Positions 40,046 to 52,368 of a stretch of DNA of 64,000 nt are shown one piece after another. The notes beneath the pieces are model-generated. The model ran no database searches, was not told the origin of the DNA, and saw only the letters and a list, made by a program, of their open reading frames with translations. Position numbers and translations under genes: made by a program. Location of the stretch: contig CM082589.2 of the NCBI GenBank assembly GCA_040954595.2, positions 5,577,186-5,641,185 on the forward strand, in the 5' to 3' direction. Numbering within the stretch: position 1 is the stretch's first letter; every line of letters starts with the position of its first letter. The stretch comes from Balanoglossus misakiensis (Eukaryota > Animalia > Hemichordata).

Positions 40046-40375
40046 CTGGACGGGCTTTTGACCGACCAAAGTCTACCAGGTTATGACTTTTGTATCGGAT
40101 ACCAAAATGTGGCATCATCTTGGATATTTCAGCGTATTTTTGCGTAAAACGGTAAAAGATGCGCTGAGGAACTGTTCCGTGTACGGTTTCCAACAAGTGT
40201 TCCAAAATAAACATTCTCGCGTCTCTAAGAAACAAGTTCAACGTCAGACGCGCACAAGAAATTTTGAAGTTAAGTTCCACACGCGCTGACGCTGAGAACG
40301 CGTACGTTGACTTTTTATTACTTTCTGGTCGGTCTACCGATACAATATTTATTGTATTGTGGGAAATAGACAGAG
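40046..40375 (-). CDS. Protein kinase gene, putative upstream exon (first in-frame ATG at 40214)
   Basis: Acceptor tattttcggctccag|, donor CAG|GTGACG, 330 nt, phase 1-1, open in the kinase frame. From ATG 40214 the spliced product is 408 aa. Confidence 0.5.
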
Positions 40376-40521
40376 CTGGAGCCGAAAATAATAAATACAA
40401 GTAATATCGAAATCAAAACCAACAACCCGAGAAAAATGTTAATCTGCCAGGTGCTTGGACAGTCTTACAAATTCAGTTGATCGTAACCAAAATCTACGAA
40501 AACAATAATAAAGAAACTTAC

Positions 40522-40595
40522 CCGGCTACACTTTCGGCGTTGAAAAAAACTCCACTTGTTCTAGTGTTGCATCCGATAGCAAAATATTTCCCCAT
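40522..40595 (-). other. Putative first exon of the kinase gene, carrying an ATG out of phase with the main ORF (uORF or 5' UTR)
   Basis: aagATGg start reading MGKYFAIGCNTRTSGVFFNAESVA. Consensus donor GG|GTAAGT is phase 2, whereas the 40375 acceptor needs phase 1. Confidence 0.4.
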
Positions 40596-43500
40596 CTTGT
40601 CTACGTTAGCGTATTTGGGGGGTTAAAATGGTGAAATATGTCCTAAGATGTCCGGTGGAGTGTTCCAAACATCAACATGCTAGCCAGATACGGGATAGAA
40701 GTTCCAAAAACGCTCCAAGATCCAAACGCGTTCGAGAAGAACTTCGGTTGCCTCTCCAGAGGGCGCCGTATATGACCTCTGGCTTTTCAGAGCCACACGC
40801 GGTGTGTGGCAAGAACTTTGAATTCAGCCCACCCTCGAATCACCAACAAGAAATTGTGTGCTGGGGTTTCAATTTTTGAACAAATTGAAATTACTGACCT
40901 AAAGAGCGCGCATTTCATAGCCGGGAAACTAAATCGTAAAATACAGTATAAGTACTCTTGTATAACCAAATGTATAACTCACCAAATCGCTGTTTCACTT
41001 GTTCATACGAGAATTGTCCGCAGAGGAATCAGTGTAGATCCATTTCGATCGGCGGCGTGTCTTCAATTGTTTGATGATAATATATGCAAGGGGAAACAGT
41101 AATGTATGCAACGGTGGTGAAACACCTGTGCCGGATAACGCCACCTACGGCTGAAAGCCCAAAAGTTCACTGCAGTATCTAGGCCTATACTTGACATTCG
41201 TGAAACTAAAAGTACGCACGCAATTCAAGAGTGACGGAAAATCTGCATAAAAAAAATAATAATAATTGCACGTACATGTACATGTATACAAGGTATGTTT
41301 TTTTTTTCAATCGAAGCGCAACCACAGTTCAATCTATCAATTCTTGTCTTAGCCCCTCAATTGAAAACCAAGCGTTTCGCCACTTTTGTGTTGCCACAGC
41401 ACAAAAATATGACCCGACGGGAGATTGCGCCCTCCAACAAGTGACGTGATAAACCTTTTGTTCGATATGAAGTGGCTACACCGGGACACTCAGTGTGCGC
41501 ATCGGACGATACGAACTTCCGAATATCAAACGATGGCCTTGTAACTCAAGTGTGGGAAGTCCGACGTGGTTTTTTTGCGATAGAATTGTCGATTTGGGGT
41601 AGACGGGAAGTACATTCTGTTAACCGACAGAAACAAAACAGGACGTTTCCGCGGAACTCCCAACTTTTTTGCCACCACCAACTCCCGTAGTACCAACGCA
41701 CACAGTCCGCGTGCCGTCGTGTCAACAACTCAACAAGTGTGAACACGAAAAAAATCAAAAGATCATATTCTTCATGGCTTGTTGTCTCGGCCTGTCATCG
41801 CGGACATCTGTCATTTATGTCACGTCATCCGATGACTCCAACGGAGATTGTTTACACGCCAGGCCGCGGGCAAACGCCAACAACGTGGGTTTCCCGGCGC
41901 GAAGAAATGTGTCAGCGAGCGGAGGCGATAATTTGCGTTTAATCAGAAACACAGCGAAACATATGGAAAGCTATAAAGTGTCAATTAGGAAACAGACCCC
42001 TATACACGGTGGTCCGAATAGTTCAAAGTGTTCTCGCAGATAATAAATCAGCCCGAGAGAGTTGGATTTTATCAGACACACCAGCCGCGTTGAAAATTTA
42101 CAACATCGATACACTTCGCAGACAATTCCCCGACATGTGGTTATCATTTAATGACCGCTGAGGGCTCCCTTGAGCAGACCAAAATAAATAAACAAAGCCA
42201 CACGTGTCCGTTTGGCATTAAAATTTCGAAATTTCACCTCGCTTGTTACTATTCTGGAGTCATTGCCATGGTTACGCATCCGGGGGTGCCGTTAGCTTGA
42301 CGACCTTACGTGTAGGATTCTGGACGACGTCCGCGTTGGTTGATGTGGAATGTTTTGTTTCAACTGTCATTAACATACTCAGTCTCTCAGAGACAACTAT
42401 CTGGCCATTTTATAAAAAAAGTATTTTGTCTCCCTAAATTATTGAATTGTCGGTTATAAAATCACGTCTCCTTTTATTAGTACACAAACGTTATCTTGAT
42501 GTGGTAAAGTTGTTATTTATCTGTTTCGTTGTTTCGCAAAATATAACTAGCCCCATAAATTCTCAAGTTTCACTTTATGAGCTACACAATTGTAACAACT
42601 TCTTTTAATGAAACAACGACTTTAAATAGATGATGTAAATAGATGCCGTTAAAGATTGCGGACCCGTGTCCTCATGTCAACCCAGTCATTCTCGCCTTAC
42701 CCTTTCAACGCCATAGTCATGATAGTCAATTTGTCGTCTTAAAAAAACTATAACAAAATAAAAACTTTCACAGTTTATCTCAAATTTTGATTACGATTTG
42801 AGAATAATGTAAAATCAATTACAATTGGTCTAAAATTAAGGGTTAAGGGACTGTGGTTAAATAAGAGGAAAGAAATGAAAAATGTTGGCGTTCAAACTGT
42901 CAAAACCGAATTTACAAACGTTTGTTCCAAATTCTCTTCTCCCTCGTCGTCCGCCGTCTCATCAATACTGTTTGGTGATGAAGAACGGGGCTTAGATTTC
43001 AAAATAGTTTTCATCAATTGTCGTGTGTGCAAGCTGTGGGGTTTCGCAGAAATTCCTCGGCAAGAAGCAATTTGTCTGAGTCAATAGGATATATGTCATG
43101 ATGAGTCGACCTTGTGTTAAGAATCGTAACTGATAATCTCTACTCATATTGCTGTCATTTTGAAATAAATCTTTCTCCGGAAATAACTTCAGGCAAAGAA
43201 TTTTTATGAAGTGACAATGTCTTCAAATGAAAGACGAAAAAAAAATTCAATAACATAAGTATCGAAGAACTGGCAAACAAACAAACAGGCCAACTTGATT
43301 CTCCTACCTGGGAAATTCTCCAACTCGTTCTGATTTTGGACGAGTTTGATGTATTATCTGTTTAATTATTAAAAACACACAATTTGGAATATGATTTGTG
43401 GACGAAGGGCGGACGTTGAACCCAACGCGCCCGGCCACGGATCCTACTTGACCACTATGGCATGTCACTAAGATAACGAATACCTTGTTGGAACTTCTCG

Positions 43501-45942
43501 GTAATTTCCCATTCACGTTTCAATCAAGAGGCCACAACATGTCTTGTTTATCGTGCCACCAACGACGAAACACACCCCCTTCTTCGCCGCGTGAGAGTGA
43601 CGTCATCGAACAGGTGGAAAAATACTTGTTGGGCGCGCCATGGGGGTTCTCCTTGGTCCGGCAGATAAGCCGCGTACGCAGCGCAGCTGATTTTCGAATC
43701 ATCGCGAGTTGGGAGGTTCTGGTTTAGTACAACTGTATATTGAGATATTAGGTTTATTTAAAGGCGTTGGATTTGTGTCTTGGTGTACCGCTCGGGTATC
43801 TTCATATTGTACACGAATCTTCAGAAGTTTCTTGTGTGAATCATACGCGGAATTCACAATCTGCGAGATGGAATCGTATTTTATATTTCACACAGACTGA
43901 TTAATCACATAGCCCCTACTGTGGTCAGAAGATGAAGACAACAGTAACTGTTCATATATTCTGAACTGGCATATCCATCATCGCGTAAATTTATATCCAC
44001 GCAGCAAATGCCCAACAGACTCAGTCCTATGACGGCGCCCCCACAGTCCAAACCAAGGTTATGTAGGAAACTTCCGCACAAGTACGTCGAAGATAGAAGA
44101 TAGAAAAAAGTTGGCGAAAGTGAAAATTATCCCAGCTTAATCATGGCTTTAGCCGGCTTTGTTTTAACCAACGGGTTGAAAACTCAGATATCAGTCCTTG
44201 GAATGTGAGAACATTGAGGCGGTGGATCTAGTTTCTGGTGAAATTGATATTTTCTGCATTCTTGGCGTGCAGCTGTATTTATTATTACAGCGAAAGCCTG
44301 CAACCATTGCTTTATTTTGATCGGAGACAGGTTTTCGAGGGGACGAGGGTGGCGAATTTTGTTTCAAATCGACGATGGACGAATAACATTTCTCTATATG
44401 AAGATCCAGAGTTTTGACTTTGGGGTTAGGATATTCCTTGGCTAGGGGCTTGTACGTTGCCGTCGATCCAGTCGACGCAAAACTTTGACCATCAATAACT
44501 TCGCAAACGCATAACTTTGCTGGCTGCTTGTTTTGTTTTGGAGTCAGCAAATACATATGTATTCCTTCGCATTTTTTTCTGTCTCGCTCATAGCTGCATT
44601 TTATGGGCGACAGCGTAGCAACGTCCACTCGCCAGCACTCGGAGGCAGTCCCCCCGCACTTCTGGCGAACACGTGTAGGCCGATGATACTATAAGCAAAC
44701 GAGAGCTAAATGTGATTTGGCGCCAAGTCCACGGGAGGTGAATGCCTCGCTCTGTCTACATTTACACTACTTTGTCAAAACTTTGCTTTCCCATATGGTG
44801 TTGAAGTGAGTGTTAGTGTCAAACAGATTATGGCCGTCACGTGATCGTCGCACCACCGATATCGCTGTCCTCTTCACTCTCTGAAGAAACCCCTAGCTTG
44901 CTAAATATTAGTGGAAACATTGTAGGGTTTCTAAAGTGCTATGTGTTCGCTACCAAATTCGCTGGCAATCGTTTTTTTTTCAAGCTTTCTTGTAGATCAC
45001 CTCTCCAAGCGAGAAACAATCTACTTCAGTTGATGCGTCACTATAATGAGCCTATGTTAAAAAGTGGAAAAATTTTACCAAACAAAACGCCTATTTTTGT
45101 GGTATAGTGAACTTTTAATCGATGATTAAAAAGGCTCTTACTTATATTCAAATCTGAATTGTTACATCTAGGGCAAACTTTCAAATAAATCAAAATGATT
45201 TGTTCATTATCGACATTTATTTGAACTTTGTCATTTTAGATTGTCGACAAATTGACATCTAATATGACCTGTTTGACTTTTTAGAGAGATGCACTTTGCA
45301 TTGGCGTCGACCATTTGATAGGAGAGAGACATGGCCGCCATCTGGGACGGCTGCTATCTATCACACATAACTAATTCACCCTCATGAACGTCGTGTTAGA
45401 GGGCCCGACCATTTCACCTTCAGCTGTTTCGCAGGCAATTCACGGGCGGTGAGAAGTCAATTATAAAACAATGTAAACGAACAATTAAACGTGGCATATG
45501 GCAGAGATTCAGGGGCTGTGATGAGGCGAGGTCAAAGGGCACCACAATATAGGCGGAGTCGAGAGCCAACGCACGGTGGCAAATCTTCCCGTCTCTCATC
45601 AGTCACGCAGAAATGTATACACAGATTGTGGAACTAGGCAAATACGTCCCCAGCGGCGAGTTCCGACCTTTTAACACGTCGATGGTCAACATCATCTATG
45701 ATAGCACGCATGGGTACAGGCCACGTTGCAGATTTTCGCCAGAAAAAAGGTTTTGAACGAGTTTCTGTGACATGTTGAACGAAAGCCAAGTGTTCAATCA
45801 AGTGTATTCTACTTAATTTCACGCGCGAATATGCCACGTTAAAATAAAAAAGGATCGGGCACACGGCACATCCCGCGGGAGTTTCAGTCACATTCCATTA
45901 AAATCCACCCTCATCTCTCTCGAGAATTCGTTCATTTCTTGC

Positions 45943-45943
45943 T

Positions 45944-45972
<29 letters not shown>
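45943..45972. repeat. (AGAC)n microsatellite
   Basis: Directly visible. Confidence 0.9.
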
Positions 45973-45974
<2 letters not shown>

Positions 45975-48900
45975 AAGGTGGGCGAACAGGCAGGCATCTA
46001 GGTAGTTAGGTATTTTATAAAAGGAACGAAAAAGATCAATTAAGAGACAAATTATTTAGACTGGAGACACGAGCTTGATTGATTGATTGATTGATTGATG
46101 GTATGTTTGTGGCCGTAATGATAGTTTGCCTCATTAGTAAATTGTCACAAGAAATAAGCAACGTATTTATTTTCAAGCAATTTGTTTGTTGATCTATTTG
46201 CGGTGTGGCGCGACAATCCCCAAGTATTTGGGCGCGAAAGCACGATAAATAAATATCTACAGGTTGTAAATAATCATTCTCTGCTATCCTGTTGAATCGG
46301 TTCAGTATCGTCGTCGCTGATTGGCAGTGGCAAGGATGTGCAGTCCACATTGCTTGAAAATATCACCAACTCCCTCAAGGAACTGTCTAAGTGAAAAAAA
46401 AATTAAATTCCCCAATCTGATATTGTGTGGAGTCCCTCGCAAAACAGAAAGGAATACGTCACCACAGTGAGTTTATTTTCAATTTACAAATACATTGTCG
46501 CGCAGATGACTCAGGTTGAAACTGGTAATTGATGTGAAAATTATCCAAACATGACTACGAATGCACTTATCATTAAAACCTTCGGGTAATATACTTTTGA
46601 TGAACCATTCTCCGGTTTCATTTTCGGGGAACATCGCCTTGTCGCTTGCAGTGTACTTTTCAATGCGTTCATCAAGTGACGGATTTTCGTACCACGTGAC
46701 CCGGGCTCTGAATAGCCTTATTAATGTCTATAGTCACGATAGCTTACGAACAAAACAGCGGCGACACAATAGGCTTACATCCGTAAGAAATCACATCCGT
46801 CTCATCTCGATTATATGAGTCAACAGATCGATTGCATCTAATTGACAATGACCTTGGACGGTTCAATGTCATTGACTTCCATCTCTCATCAGCATATATG
46901 GCAAATATCTCAGATTCCTTCCGTGATTATTTGATTAAAATCCAATTGACTTGCTGATGAAAACGCTGGGTGAGAGAAAAAAAAATCAAAATTCTTCCCC
47001 TCACTGTCTCTATCGCTTTATCTCTTGTAAATTTATAAATGTCGTCTGCTTTTAATTAATAGATTAGTCTAACATTTACTACAACAAATAAAATCACTTT
47101 AAGCAAATCCACGAAGTATTAAAGGGCCACTATCATATCTGTAACTTCTGGCTTTTTTCGGTAGTTTTGTTCTGTGCATCAGTCCACCACATGATATTTT
47201 CTTCTCCTTCCTATAGTATCTCAACATGCCAAATTTTCTGCTTGTACGGTCATTTGGTCTCGCGGATGTGTACCAATCATTCAAGACATGGGCTATGTTG
47301 AGAAGACTAACGTAACAAATAACCCTGACTCAAGGAGCTGAACTAGAAACCATGGTTGATATACGGAATAAAAATAATGAACGAAAATATTCAAAAGTTG
47401 AATCATGTACAGATAGTGGACCTTTAAAGCAAACAGAAACACCTCAAAGCTACCGGCCAAGGCCTGCAGCGAAACGTGTACGCCTGTGCGTCCTACCGAT
47501 TCCCAAACTCTGAACCCCCGATTTTTAAGGGAACAATGATAGAAACCCGACACCTGATTTCGGACGATCCATGGCTCCGGATCATATTGATTCTTCCCAC
47601 AGTTCACTTCCCCCCTGTCTAAATTTATTCAGGTCCACGTACAATGGCAATTACCAGGGCAGATCGATACCATCGATTCGGCCCGCTCTAATGAAGTGAA
47701 GACAATAAAACAGTAACTGAAATAATGAACAGACGAGGCCAAGCACAATGACGACTGACACGTGTTCGGCGTTTGATATCCCAAGTTTCCCGGGCCTGCG
47801 TTTCCCCACAGCTGCACATGCGCCGTTTTCGTTTGCTGGGAAAAAAACACTAATCTCGCGGAGACGGGAAATTCGTGTGAAATCTAACACCTGGTGGCGG
47901 TTTGGGAAACCAAGTTGAAAATTATTTGTAAGAGCGCAAGAAAATGACTTACACAATATGCAAAGTCAATTTTATTTTATGTATTCTTGTAAATGGAGGC
48001 AAATCTGTTCGGGGTCAGGTGACCAAATACATCACCGCAACCCACGAAGACAATAGAAGCCCCTGCGTTTAGGCGTTCAACACGCAACCATGGCAACAGG
48101 CGATCTGCACGAGTTTGATTCAAATGATCCCAGATAAACTGGCAGAAAAATTAACTTTTCTGGTAAACATGCAATCTGCCGAACAAGATGGTGATTGGCA
48201 ATTGGCATGCTACAGATTTCTTTATCATTCTTTTAAGATTCCTAGAAATTACCCATCGCTGCACCCGCGTAAGTTCTCTTGAGAAAACTTTGTCGCCTGT
48301 ATTAATTGGCATTTTATCTTGGAAGCGCATGGGGCGTTATTTGTTATTTTCCCCCCACAGTTTAGTGTTTAGTTGAATTGCTGTTTATTGTAGTTTGTTG
48401 ATAAGACAGGGCGGTGAATCCGGAGCGGCCATCATCATGTCGTGCTCAGCTGAGATCGAAGGTCACGGTGCCCTTTCTTGTACTCTCGTCGTGCTAAGAC
48501 TGAAGTCTAGAATCTAGCTGTAAAATTAAAATGCGTCGGAGAGAAATACACGTAGGACAAGAAAAGAAAAAAAAAGAAGAGTTGGACAAGTCTAGGTTGA
48601 TCTGGAGGAAAAATATATAAATATATATAACAAAATCGTGCAAGACTCAAAGACGTTCATGCGTATGCAAAAATAATAATTTGTGGGTTTTTGCAGTTTT
48701 CAGTGGGGGGAAATGGTGCTATTCTCATTGCAGATGTACCCATAAAACGCTCGCTAATGATAACAACCGTTCTTGCTAACATTATACAATTATACACAAA
48801 CCATATAGGGAATCGTCATAAATGTCAACAGTTGAGAGCAGACGAGTTGAAAATGTCAAACATAACACGCTCACAGATGATCGCATAATTGTTGGACATG

Positions 48901-49060
48901 TAAGCGTGGTGTTACACCAAGGCCTGGTCACAGTGAGTTGTTGTTGTTTTAGCTGGCAACACGCATGTATTTCATGGAGTGGTATTGGTACGATGACGTT
49001 TGGCCTTCAGTAGAAAAATGTTGCCTTCTCTCTCGCTTCATTCACCCTTCTGTCTGCATG

Positions 49061-49064
49061 TGTA

Positions 49065-49115
<51 letters not shown>

Positions 49116-49218
49116 ATGTATGTATGTATGTATGTATGTATGTATGTATGTATGTATGTATGTATGTATGTATGTATGTATGTATGTATGTATGTATGTA
49201 TGTATGTATGTATGTATG
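49061..49218. repeat. Compound (TGTC)n(TGTA)n microsatellite
   Basis: Directly visible. Confidence 0.98.
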
Positions 49219-50391
49219 ACTGCCTGCCCCTCTGTTTCTGTCTCCATATAACCATCTTTTCTCCTAAAACTGAAAGTGGGCCAAGTATTCCTGGTCTGCT
49301 TAAAATAAAGCGTCATTTCCGACGAGTGATGTAATTCAGAAGTTAGTTTGAAGTGAGAGCACGAGACACTACTTTCACACGTGTGGTAGAAGTAATCGTG
49401 AACAAAGCACATATTTGTTGAGGTAAGTAGACGCTTGGACTAAAAGGGCCGTTTCACTTTTCGCAAATATGCTATTTCTTAAAAGGCGTGAACCCAAAGT
49501 GCCTATAATCTCTTGTTCCATTCACTGTCTGTGTAACTTTTGTAGCCGCGGAGTCTAGACCGCAGATGTGTGCACTGTTCCCGACCAGCCACCCATAGCT
49601 CCGTAAGAAAAGCAAAAGCCAACAACGGCCGCAAACGTTTAGTCGAGTGTTCTCTGTTTTGGGAAAACCGTGCAAACGTTTCCCGGTGCGAATGGACAGC
49701 CGATGTGTCATTTTTGTATCGGTTCACAGACAGTGTAATCGTGAAAATGGAAAACTGTCCTGAAGTCGTGATTACCCAAGTGGGGTGGTGAAGCACACGG
49801 GGTCGTTCTGAGTGCCAAACACTGTTGACAAACATGTAAATGTCGATGTGCAGCGGGCCACCCCCTGCGTTTCCTCAGAACTAACACTGTCCCATAATGT
49901 CTTCCGTTTACAGGGACCTAACTGTAGCGCCGGGACGCAGCTGGCGTTTGACCAGAGATGGGAGGGTTACCAGACGGTTTACGTTCATCTGTGCTTTTTT
50001 GGTGTCGTGCCAAGTTGCTTGTCATCTGTTTACTAATCATCGCCCCATCCACGTGTCACCACCACACAGCATACAGCGCTGGCAAAGGCTTCATCGAGGA
50101 AAACCCACTTCCCATCGCAGCCCAGCAACATATGGGATGGGATGTGGGAACTATGACAGATGATGAAATCCATATCTGACACGTAAAATCTGATCTTTTC
50201 CAGACGACCCTCGCCAAAATACGCGTATCATTCCCCCAAAGACGCCCACATTATCAGTCAATTCACAGACACTGTGGTCAACTCAATACTGTGGTGTTGA
50301 CAAACCTAAAAAAGTTGGTGGGACTGTTGTTTTTCGTTTACGTCGTAGTTGATACGAGAGACAGCTTTATCAGTTGACAGTTATGGTCCTT

Positions 50392-50425
50392 CCATAACCT
50401 CAGGACAACCCATAACCTCAGGACA
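50392..50425. repeat. Short tandem duplication (18-bp period)
   Basis: CCATAACCTCAGGACA x2, separated by 2 nt. Confidence 0.8.
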
Positions 50426-52351
50426 TATCACCCCCTGGTAGTTTAGTAGTATATCGTATTACCTGAAATGCGGAAGTGCTTCTCTCCCATAATATCTGGT
50501 CATATCCTTATTGGGTCATATATAACTTTATGATTTCATGTGTCTGGGGTCAATAAAATAACGACGGGGGAACCTTTGGCCGCGCGACTGTGATTCGACC
50601 ACCACCTGTTGGAGCATGCGCTCTCTCTCACTCTCTCTCCCCCTCTCTCTGAAGAATGCAATAAATTCCTCCCAAACGCAGCGACAATATTTGAGATAAG
50701 GGCCCGTAAAATACACACTCACTCATTTCAAAGTAAATACAACAACTTTAAAACAAACATTCACAGATTAATACTTCAAGTTGAGTTTATCACAAGTGCG
50801 CTTTTCTTTGACACGTGGTTTTTGAAATCACCCCTCTCGTGATTCTGATAAATACTCGTGTACTGGACTTTGCCATAATCTGTGTACCCATAAAACAGAG
50901 GGGAAAACGGCGGGTTTGTTGGGGGGATCTGGCAAAAGTTATTGAAAGGCGTATTGCATTCAGGAATTTGAGTTTCTCCGGTTGCACTGGATGGTTCGTG
51001 ACAAGGGTATGGTGCGATAATCAGCGAATTCTTTGAATGAATGGTGCCCCTCGTCGGAGACCACGTGACCTCACCCAGGTGTTCCCGGGAATCCATCTTG
51101 CGCCCTGAACATGCTCCGGGGGATCAATAGATTCTTTGGTAACATAAACAGATGTTAGACCATAATACTTCTTGATACTTTTAAGGGCATTTTCAAAGAA
51201 TTCAATCAATTCATCGCGGGCATTAATGGTCATCTGTGTTTACTCGAAATAAAGGGGGATCATTTTGTTTCTTCCCGGTCACCATATGTTCCGATTTATC
51301 AGAATAATCACTGGTTTCGAAAAAATATGGTTGATGACCACACCTGCACGTCAGCATTTCCGAGTTCAACATGCATAGGCCTATAGCGCCTGCTATCGGT
51401 TCATTTGGGTGCCCCCCTCCCTCTCCGCGGTTTTCAAAACCGACAGCATCGACCAAAACTAGGCGGAGATGAGAGGGGGGTTCTATACAATTAACGTCCT
51501 CGCATACTGAAAGCGATAAATTGGCAAGTCTCTCCTGTAATGCGTTAATCCACCCGCGATAAGACACAATCGCGATCCACAGATACCACTGTAATCTTTG
51601 TGGAAAATCTCTCAATCAATCCAGAACACGACGTTTACGAGATGTCTATACCTGCCGCGTAGCTACCCCCCCCCCCCCCGCCTTTTTATTCTACCACCTT
51701 TCTGATGTTTTCTTCTTACAAATATCCGTCTTAATTCGAAAAAAGGAAACATAAAAAAGGAATTCTGACTACTCTCACCGCCACTTGATAAAAGACGTTT
51801 CGCGGTTTTGTAGAAGCCTGGGCAATGAGCTTACACGGCCATAATACTGCAGCAAATGCGGCGAAAGCTAACAATCGCACGTCGGGGTTGAATTTTAGGA
51901 CGTTCTAAAGGATTTAAAGACACACAATAACACACTGAGAGTTTTCTTCACACAAACGCTACCTAGACATAAAAGAGAAAATATTAACTATTCATGGCCT
52001 GTGCTGACAGACTTCACACCCACAAGGGCCTTCATAGACAACCATTGTTGTCGTTCGTCAAAGAATAAAACGCGTCAGCGAGCTTTCACACAGTCGATCC
52101 CGACCGCAAGCCGAAGCAGCTTTTCGTCTCAAAAAACACTGCATTTTCATAAAGCACAGTCTGAACCGCTGACACAGCGCACCGGAGGACCAAGCGTCTG
52201 TCCTTCAGCGGGGAAAAAAAACACGAAACCAGAAACACGTCGGCGTGAATCGGCCTTTCATTGTAGAGATTTTCGCTGAGTGAGTATAGGTATTGCTACT
52301 TATTGAAAGAGGCGTGGCCTCTGACCGTAGTCTTTGCAAACGATAAGCGGA

Positions 52352-52368
52352 GGCGCCAGGATGGCGCC
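52352..52368. promoter_or_regulatory. Double GC-rich Smad site GGCGCC-N5-GGCGCC
   Basis: GGCGCCAGGATGGCGCC fits GGCGCC(N5)GNCV on both strands. Lies 8.5 kb upstream of Id. Confidence 0.45.

Noticed and set aside
48965-49412. MYVC/HTYI repeat ORFs (also at 56620-56948)
   Set aside because: Translations of tetranucleotide microsatellites.
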